Of a stretch of 64,000 bases of DNA, positions 57,413-64,000 are shown one piece after another. Within the stretch, counting starts at the first letter, position 1. The number at the start of each line of letters is the position of its first letter. A model generated the notes under the pieces. The model ran no database searches. It saw nothing but the letters and a program-made list of their open reading frames with translations, and had not been told where the DNA came from. Source of the stretch: a virus (lineage: Duplodnaviria; Caudoviricetes); the IMG/VR virus record IMGVR_UViG_3300017761_003550, positions 1-64,000 of that record; one strand, written 5' to 3'. The position numbers and the translations under genes were made by a program.

Positions 57413-57609
57413 TGGAGACTTTCGTTAGAGCAAAAGATACTGGCGCTTTAATAAATACAAACGCGAAAGAATTACTTGAGATAAAGAAAAAACGTGCAGA
57501 AGCGAAACAAGCTAAAGAGACGATGATGCGTCTTGACGCTCTCGAGAATGAAGTTAAAGAATTAAGAGAGCTCGTTTCAAGGCTCACAAAAGGAACGATA
57601 GATGTCTGA
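57412..57609 (+). CDS. Small conserved coiled-coil protein downstream of VrlC-like genes
   Basis: TGALINTN, then heptads. Confidence 0.75.
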   Translation: METFVRAKDTGALINTNAKELLEIKKKRAEAKQAKETMMRLDALENEVKELRELVSRLTKGTIDV

Positions 57610-58747
57610 GGCAGTATCAAATGTAAATATCCTCGCGGATACCTTCGAGGGATGGCTAAATCGCCACAACCAGATTTCACATCTGATGTCATTATCTGCA
57701 ATTACCGCAAATGTATCCGGTGCTAATACGGGCAACTCAACAGTTTCTCGTATTTCACAACTATGGGGAACTTTTGGTGCTAACACACTTGTTGCTACAG
57801 ATGGGCTTCGTGGTGGTAACGTATCTACAGTAAACGCTCTTCCAGTTGTTGCAAACCTTGAGGTTTATGTAGGAGCATCTACTGGTGCAAACGTTCCAGT
57901 TGTAAAGGTTGGTAATTCTACAGTTATCTCAACAATTGATCTTTATGGTCTCAGAGCTGGTAACGGAACATCCAATACCGTCATCAGTAACAGTTCTATT
58001 ATATCTCAATCTAATACGACCGTCAAGTCAAATATCACTCCAACAGAAATAAATGTTGCGAATGGTGCGGTAAACGCTTCAATGACTCCTATTGGCTTTG
58101 TAGCCGGTATTACTGGTGCAAACCAGACTCACAAATACGTTGGAGCGAATGTAGTTCTTAGCAGCAGTTCGGTAACTGTTGGAAACTCTACATTAAACGC
58201 TGTTATGACATCGCAAGAACTACTGGTGCAAGCGGGTGCTAGCACTTCTTCTATTAGAGAAGATGGGATCTCAACTTCAGGAACCATGAATGTCTCGAGC
58301 AACGCGACCTTCCTCGGTCCAATCGCTGCTAATAACACTGTGTCTCTTGCAAATACATTGACGGTGACTGGCGCGACATCGGTTAACAACACCATAACGA
58401 TCAAAACCGAATATGTTCTGGATGTTGCTTCAAACACAAACATTGGTTCTAACGTAACTCACAACCAGTTGATCTTCAGTTTCCCAAAGGCGACTTACTC
58501 TTCGGGTAAACTTAGTGTTCAAATCAAAAATGGGACAAACACTCAGATCTCCGAGATCGTTCTTGCTCACAACACATCTAACGCTTATCTGACTGTTTAC
58601 GGTACAGTTAGCTCACCACCGAGCGGTAACTCTTCACCATTACTCGGTGTATTCGAAGCTAACATAAATAATGCAAACGTTGAACTTCTTATTATTCAAA
58701 CTCAGGCGAGTTCTTCAGCGAAGATCGTCGGGCATTTAATCAAGTAA
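57602..58747 (+). CDS. Tail fibre-associated virion protein
   Basis: N-terminal DTFEGW...N; Asn/Ser/Thr/Val-rich beta body; C-terminal YSSGKLSVQI...QISEI..AHN...YLTVYG domain. Confidence 0.75.
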   Translation: MSEAVSNVNILADTFEGWLNRHNQISHLMSLSAITANVSGANTGNSTVSRISQLWGTFGANTLVATDGLRGGNVSTVNALPVVANLEVYVGASTGANVPVVKVGNSTVISTIDLYGLRAGNGTSNTVISNSSIISQSNTTVKSNITPTEINVANGAVNASMTPIGFVAGITGANQTHKYVGANVVLSSSSVTVGNSTLNAVMTSQELLVQAGASTSSIREDGISTSGTMNVSSNATFLGPIAANNTVSLANTLTVTGATSVNNTITIKTEYVLDVASNTNIGSNVTHNQLIFSFPKATYSSGKLSVQIKNGTNTQISEIVLAHNTSNAYLTVYGTVSSPPSGNSSPLLGVFEANINNANVELLIIQTQASSSAKIVGHLIK

Positions 58748-58755
58748 GGTAACGT

Positions 58756-60828
58756 ATGGCTGACCAAAGATTTAAAATTGACAAAGGACTCCATGTAAAT
58801 GGCGCGAACGCTGAGTTCGAGACGCCAGCTACATTTGATGCCAACGTCGCTGTAACAGGTACAGTAACTGTAAACGGTTCTATTGTCCCAACTGCAAACG
58901 ACACCATGGTTCTTGGTGGTGTCAACGCTCGTGTATCCGCAGCACACCTTACCACATTGTTTGTTGCTAACAGCACGACAGTCCCAAATCTTAGAGCTAA
59001 CAACGCTGACACTGTTTTCGCTATTACAACAGCAGGATTTGTTGCAGCTATTGGATTAGCCAGCGGTGCTGCGCGCACATTGACCGGTTCTAACACAGTA
59101 GTTATTACGAATGGTACTGGTGCAGCTGGTAACCCAGCGTTTTCTGTTCCAATTTCTAATGGTCTTTTTTCAAACACAACTGGTGTGTATGTAAACGTAT
59201 CATCAGTCTCAGATGGAACACTTGCACTTAATCGTGGAGGAACAGGAGCAGCTACCCAAGCTACGGCAGCTAATAATATTCTTCCAGCACAAGCTGGTAA
59301 TGATGGTAAATTCTTAAGATCGGTTAGTGGCGCTATTGTTTGGGAAAACGGGCCAGTTGGATATACCGGTTCAAAGGGTGACATTGGATTTACTGGCTCG
59401 CTCGGCGCTACCGGATTTAATGGATCAATTGGTGCCACAGGATTTAATGGATCTATCGGCGCTACAGGATTCAACGGGTCTATTGGTGCTCAAGGACCCC
59501 AAGGTCCAACAGGATTTAATGGATCTACCGGGGCTACAGGTATAGGATTTACTGGATCTGTCGGAGCACCAGGACCAGCTTCAACAATTGGTTATACCGG
59601 ATCTGTCGGCGCGCAGGGTCCAATTGGTTACACCGGATCTATTGGTGTTACTGGATTTAATGGATCAACAGGATTTAATGGATCAATTGGTGCCACAGGC
59701 CCTAATGGTCCAACAGGTCCAACGGGCCCAACAGGATTTAACGGATCGATTGGTGCTACAGGACCAACTGGATTTACCGGATCGATTGGAGCTACAGGTC
59801 CAACTGGATTTACGGGACCAACAGGTCCAACAGGATTTAATGGATCAACTGGAGCTACAGGCGGTACGGGTCCTAATGGTCCAACAGGTCCAACTGGTCC
59901 AACTGGATTTAATGGATCAATTGGTGCCACAGGTCCTAATGGTCCAACAGGTCCAACGGGCCCAACAGGATTTAATGGATCAATTGGCGCCACAGGTCCA
60001 ACAGGATTTACGGGTCCAACAGGATTTACTGGATCTATTGGTGCCCAAGGACCAATTGGCTACACTGGATCAATTGGAGCTACAGGTCCAACAGGATTTA
60101 CGGGTCCAACAGGATTCAACGGATCGATTGGAGCTACAGGGGCAACAGGATTTACGGGTTCTGTTGGAGATAAGTCCGGTATCAGATACACGTTTAGTAC
60201 AACTGTAACTGATGCTGATCCTGGTACTGGTGTAGTAAGATTTAACAATGCTGCAATCGCTTCTGTTACAAACATTTTTATTGATAACGTAGATGTAAAC
60301 TCTGTTTCAAGAACAGGCTTATATGATACTTTTGACGATTCAACTAATACTAAAAAGGGGTTGATTACCTTTATAGGTAATCTGACATCTTCTACTGTTG
60401 CTTGTGTCTTTAGAGTAACTGGTGCGGTAACTGTTGCTTCTGGATATTACAAAATACCAGTTGAGTATGTTTCTGGAGCACTACCAGCTGATGCTTTAGC
60501 GATAAACTTGTCTTATTCTGCTACAGGTGACGTTGGATTTAACGGATCTATCGGCGCGACAGGATTTAACGGATCTATCGGTGCAACAGGATTTACTGGA
60601 TCTATCGGTGCTACTGGATTTAATGGTTCAATTGGTGCTACCGGATTTACTGGATCTATTGGCGCCACTGGTACAGGGTTTACAGGATCAATTGGCGCCA
60701 CTGGTACAGGGTTTACAGGATCAATTGGTGCGACAGGACCTACTGGACCTTCTGGTGCTCTTATTTTCGTTCAAACTGGAAACCCAGGAACACAGCCTGC
60801 AGGTAGCATCTGGATTTATGCAACCTAA
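58756..60828 (+). CDS. Collagen-like tail fibre
   Basis: RGGTGA fibre motif; long Gly-X-Y tracts ([12 protein letters not shown]); globular insert [12 protein letters not shown]; second Gly-X-Y tract. Confidence 0.88.
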   Translation: MADQRFKIDKGLHVNGANAEFETPATFDANVAVTGTVTVNGSIVPTANDTMVLGGVNARVSAAHLTTLFVANSTTVPNLRANNADTVFAITTAGFVAAIGLASGAARTLTGSNTVVITNGTGAAGNPAFSVPISNGLFSNTTGVYVNVSSVSDGTLALNRGGTGAATQATAANNILPAQAGNDGKFLRSVSGAIVWENGPVGYTGSKGDIGFTGSLGATGFNGSIGATGFNGSIGATGFNGSIGAQGPQGPTGFNGSTGATGIGFTGSVGAPGPASTIGYTGSVGAQGPIGYTGSIGVTGFNGSTGFNGSIGATGPNGPTGPTGPTGFNGSIGATGPTGFTGSIGATGPTGFTGPTGPTGFNGSTGATGGTGPNGPTGPTGPTGFNGSIGATGPNGPTGPTGPTGFNGSIGATGPTGFTGPTGFTGSIGAQGPIGYTGSIGATGPTGFTGPTGFNGSIGATGATGFTGSVGDKSGIRYTFSTTVTDADPGTGVVRFNNAAIASVTNIFIDNVDVNSVSRTGLYDTFDDSTNTKKGLITFIGNLTSSTVACVFRVTGAVTVASGYYKIPVEYVSGALPADALAINLSYSATGDVGFNGSIGATGFNGSIGATGFTGSIGATGFNGSIGATGFTGSIGATGTGFTGSIGATGTGFTGSIGATGPTGPSGALIFVQTGNPGTQPAGSIWIYAT
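59365..60170 (+). repeat. Tandem degenerate 9-nt-unit (Gly-X-Y) coding repeats
   Basis: Repeated GGATTTAATGGATCAATTGG / ACAGGTCCA units. Confidence 0.85.
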
Positions 60829-61382
60829 TGGCCGCACAGTTCATATATGAAACTAAGGGTTACAGAAGTGGTGATTGGTCAGCAGCCGCGACTAATTTAT
60901 ATGCATCAAACGGTTCTGTGTGGAATCCGTTAAGCACAACAGCAGGTAGTGCTTTCTATAGAACAACTGGTGGTGTTTGGAGACGGTTTTATTCTGGCAT
61001 CGCTGATCAAAGTTTTCCAGTTGTTTGCCAGTATTCGTTTCCTAATAGACGTGGTGTTGTTGAGTATAGCTTTTTTAATAACGGAAATTATGACATTTTT
61101 ACAACAGAAGGTGATGCAGATTCAAATGGTGCTTGGGATATATCAGGTGCACCTGATATTGCAGATCTAGAAATTCGTGCTACTAAAGGAACTGAAAGCG
61201 GTGGTAGTTGGTTAGGATCTACTTATGGTAGCTGGTTAGCTTTATCAACATCAAGAGGCTTCGACTTTAGAACAGACATTGATACATCTGGGTATGGTAC
61301 TGCTACTGTAGAAATTCGCCACGCACCATCATTAGTCACATTAGCTACGTTTTCTTTAGAAGCAACCCCTAATTTTGTGTAG
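60828..61382 (+). CDS. Hypothetical fibre-associated protein
   Basis: TAATG coupling to the collagen fibre; Gly/Trp/Ser-rich. Confidence 0.7.
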   Translation: MAAQFIYETKGYRSGDWSAAATNLYASNGSVWNPLSTTAGSAFYRTTGGVWRRFYSGIADQSFPVVCQYSFPNRRGVVEYSFFNNGNYDIFTTEGDADSNGAWDISGAPDIADLEIRATKGTESGGSWLGSTYGSWLALSTSRGFDFRTDIDTSGYGTATVEIRHAPSLVTLATFSLEATPNFV

Positions 61383-61387
61383 GTAAC

Positions 61388-61726
61388 ATGTCTATAAAGG
61401 CAAATCTTGTAGTATCTCAGGGAACCAATTTCTTAACCGAGATTGAGATTGTCGATATTGATGGGCTTGCAATAGATTTAACGGGTTACACTGCTACAGC
61501 TTTTCTAAAAAAAGAGTGGAGTTCACTAGCAAATACAAAGATTACAATTGATACATCTATATCTGCATCAGATGGAATAATTACAATTAGTATGACTCAT
61601 GCGGCAACAGCAAACATCACACCACAGAATTATGTTTGGGCTTGTGATGTATTAATATCTAATACAAAATCTAGAATTTGCAGTGGCACAGTCAAGGTAG
61701 AACCATCTATAGATTGGCCTGCGTAA
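61388..61726 (+). CDS. Small Ig-like virion protein (QG..F...DLTGYTA...G.V.VEP pattern)
   Basis: Pattern recurrent in aquatic phage tail clusters. Confidence 0.7.
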   Translation: MSIKANLVVSQGTNFLTEIEIVDIDGLAIDLTGYTATAFLKKEWSSLANTKITIDTSISASDGIITISMTHAATANITPQNYVWACDVLISNTKSRICSGTVKVEPSIDWPA

Positions 61727-61767
61727 TGTCTACTCTTAGAATTCAAAGAATCACTATAAAAAAAGTC

Positions 61768-61803
61768 AAAAAAAATGGCTCGCTCCTTGATGTGAAGCAA
61801 GCC
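61768..61803 (-). terminator. Rho-independent terminator for the glycosyltransferase
   Basis: Minus strand GGCTTGCTTC-N7-GGAGCGAGCC, then A and T8. Confidence 0.75.
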
Positions 61804-61834
61804 AAAATTCGAGTTATATTTGTAACTTAGATAT

Positions 61835-64000
61835 TTACTGAACTTTATAAACCATTTGACCGTAGTGATCACATCGTATTTCTGGATCAATCCAGACTTG
61901 GTATCCCTTATTACGAGCTTTCATACAGAAATCAACATCCTCACTTAGTGAACCCTCAGCTGTGATTGCTCTATGGTAATCAAACTGGGGGTATCCTATT
62001 TTGCGAAGAACATCCACTTTGATTAACGCGCATCCAAAACCAATAGCTCCTACCTCGAACAATCCTGTTTTTGGAAACGAATTAGTATTATAGTATGAAC
62101 GGTAATTTTGATCGAAGACTTCTAAGATTTGTTGTTCTTTTCTTTGGCGATAGATACCTCCGACGATATCTTTGTCATGCGCCACGAGCTTTGCAACTGT
62201 TGCTGCATCAAATACAATGTCGTGATCTACACACATAAGGTAATCATAATTGTTTCGAATTGCGTAATCTGCAATTAGATTTCTTACCTGGTCTACATTG
62301 TATCCGTAGAAGTATTGGAAATCCACAGTTACTCCGCCCGGTGTAACTTGGTTATAGATAGTCCTGAATGTTTCAGGTTCAATATATCTTGCTGTCGGGA
62401 TCGCGATCAAAAGCTTTTTTGGCATTACTGGTTGCTCCAATGCTTTCTGAGCGTTTCGTGTTTGTTCATCAGAGTTTACCTTATAATCATTTAGAGGGTT
62501 AAGATCATTGTAATCTACTAGGATATCTTTGACAGCCATAATCTCTTCTGGTTCGCAGCGTTCAATCATTTCATAGAACATTGCTGCATCACCACCAGCT
62601 TTCATATATGTTCCATCTTCTGCGAGAAATTGGTGTTCGCGCATACCATAGAGTAGATCAGAACTGAATGTTCTTAGATGAGTGTATGGAATATTCCAGG
62701 GAAACTTATGTTGACGATAAGTCTTATTCACCATTACTTCTTGTGGGTAATCTTGAGCAATAAGAGGAATGTTATCTGCCATTGACCAGCAGCTGCCATA
62801 TGTAAATCTAATACTGCTGGCGTAATACATCTCATTGATACGACGGAAGATGTTTGGATCGTTTGATAGTTTATCATCACCATCAAGAATCATCACGATT
62901 TCATCTCCTGTGTTTATCTCTCCTGCGTATCTCATTGTTTTGATGTGTTCAAAGATACGTAATTGATTAGCTACTGCACCATCGCGAGAACCTTTTTCGT
63001 TTATGTGATATATTTGGATATTCTTCTTATCCATCCAACCAAGATCATTAAGAGTATCATAAATTTCTTTGACCGTATTATCTTCTGATCCATCATCCGC
63101 GATGTACATAATATAATTTGTGTAATCTTGCGCGGCAACTGAACGAATACAATCAGAGATATACTTTCTACCATTGCGCACAGTTGTTACGATGTTGATT
63201 TTCTTTTCTGGATGATAAGCTGGTTCAACATAATCTTCTGGATTGTGGAAGCGTCTACCGAAAACCTTATTTACCTTTGCGGTGATAGAACGAACATGTC
63301 TATATGACTCGATATCAAGGAACCGACCTGTTCTTTGGTATATGTGTTGTTTCCATTGAAGAGCAACAGTATCCCAGGTGCATATATCTCTTACGATATC
63401 ACAGTAGTTCTGTTTTTGCATGTAGAGATATGAGTTCTTCCATGCAAAGTAAGCTAAATCTACGAACTGTTTTACTTGCCAGTCTTCATCAATCTTAGTG
63501 TTATACACATTTGGTGTAACTGAATATGGTAGCTTGTAGCATGCAAGATCAATAGCTGTCTCTTCAAGAGCTCCAAATCTAGATGTAATAACTGGTGTTC
63601 TGTAAGCCAATGCTTCTAGAGTTGAGATACCGAATGTCTCCGGGAACTCTGTTGGGTAAAGCATGAATGATGCAGATTTAAGGATGTCAGAAACAACTTG
63701 CGGCTTAACAATGCCGGTGAATGTTACGTTCTTATCATTCTTGTAGCGGTCGCGCCAGAATGCTACGTCTTCACCCTGTTTGTCAAGCTTACCATCTGGA
63801 AAGTCATAGAATCCTCCAATAACAGTAAGTCTAGCATCTTGGATGCGTGAGCTTAGTAGTGGCCAAACCTTCTCTAATAGAACGCGCATACCTTTCGTGA
63901 ATGAAGAGTTGAATACGAAATGGTTGGCGTCTCTGAGGATAGGCTCTTTGTTTTCATACAGATTGATACCGTTACGAGTCTGCCAGATCTTACTTTTTAG
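61835..64000 (-). CDS. Multi-domain glycosyltransferase (GT-B/GT4-like + GT2 + second GT-A-like domain), 5' truncated by window edge
   Basis: Frame open to base 64000. YPTEFPETFGISTLEA (EX7E); ADDGSED, ILDGDD (DXD); CVDHD, GFGCALIK, SEDVDFC. Confidence 0.9.
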   Translation of the reverse strand, partial: LKSKIWQTRNGINLYENKEPILRDANHFVFNSSFTKGMRVLLEKVWPLLSSRIQDARLTVIGGFYDFPDGKLDKQGEDVAFWRDRYKNDKNVTFTGIVKPQVVSDILKSASFMLYPTEFPETFGISTLEALAYRTPVITSRFGALEETAIDLACYKLPYSVTPNVYNTKIDEDWQVKQFVDLAYFAWKNSYLYMQKQNYCDIVRDICTWDTVALQWKQHIYQRTGRFLDIESYRHVRSITAKVNKVFGRRFHNPEDYVEPAYHPEKKINIVTTVRNGRKYISDCIRSVAAQDYTNYIMYIADDGSEDNTVKEIYDTLNDLGWMDKKNIQIYHINEKGSRDGAVANQLRIFEHIKTMRYAGEINTGDEIVMILDGDDKLSNDPNIFRRINEMYYASSIRFTYGSCWSMADNIPLIAQDYPQEVMVNKTYRQHKFPWNIPYTHLRTFSSDLLYGMREHQFLAEDGTYMKAGGDAAMFYEMIERCEPEEIMAVKDILVDYNDLNPLNDYKVNSDEQTRNAQKALEQPVMPKKLLIAIPTARYIEPETFRTIYNQVTPGGVTVDFQYFYGYNVDQVRNLIADYAIRNNYDYLMCVDHDIVFDAATVAKLVAHDKDIVGGIYRQRKEQQILEVFDQNYRSYYNTNSFPKTGLFEVGAIGFGCALIKVDVLRKIGYPQFDYHRAITAEGSLSEDVDFCMKARNKGYQVWIDPEIRCDHYGQMVYKVQ

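Noticed and set aside
59365-60750. Collagen and PEV tandem repeats as a CRISPR array or DGR template
   Set aside because: Repeats are in-frame, degenerate at third positions and have no unique spacers; no cas or reverse transcriptase gene in the window.
58740-60850. Alternative-frame QQDLMD-type and antisense PIDPLNPV-type ORFs over the collagen gene
   Set aside because: Frame artefacts of the 9-nt Gly-X-Y periodicity.

Overview
64 kb segment of a large T4-like myophage genome, standard genetic code. The host is most likely an alphaproteobacterium: the window has a circularly permuted two-piece tmRNA, a tRNA-His without G-1 and an alpha-type BTLCP motif. 1-27.4 kb (+ strand) holds nucleotide metabolism (thyA, class II nrdJ, glutaredoxin), replication/transcription genes (rnh, gp33, gp59, gp32), PhoH, SpeD-like, HAD proteins, a glycosyltransferase, an M15 peptidase, three tRNAs, tmRNA, a SegB-like homing endonuclease and many small accessory ORFs. 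27.5-31.9 kb (- strand) holds a tape-measure-like gene, gp51, gp26, gp54, gp2 and gp4. 32-61.7 kb (+ strand) holds baseplate genes gp48, 53, 27, 5, 25, 6, 7, 8, DUF4815/VrlC-like proteins and tail fibres including a collagen-like one, with an accessory cassette between gp7 and gp8. The window ends in a three-domain glycosyltransferase (- strand, truncated by the edge). Best leads: the permuted tmRNA; a dispersed family of putative capsid-targeted internal proteins with gp21-type [ILV]xE sites; N-X-S/T-rich virion proteins next to phage glycosyltransferases; a probable -1 frameshift joining gp26 to gp51; two articulin/alveolin-like Pro-Val-Glu repeat proteins; and an in-frame split BTLCP protease. 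All family assignments come from motif recognition by eye; no database search was run.
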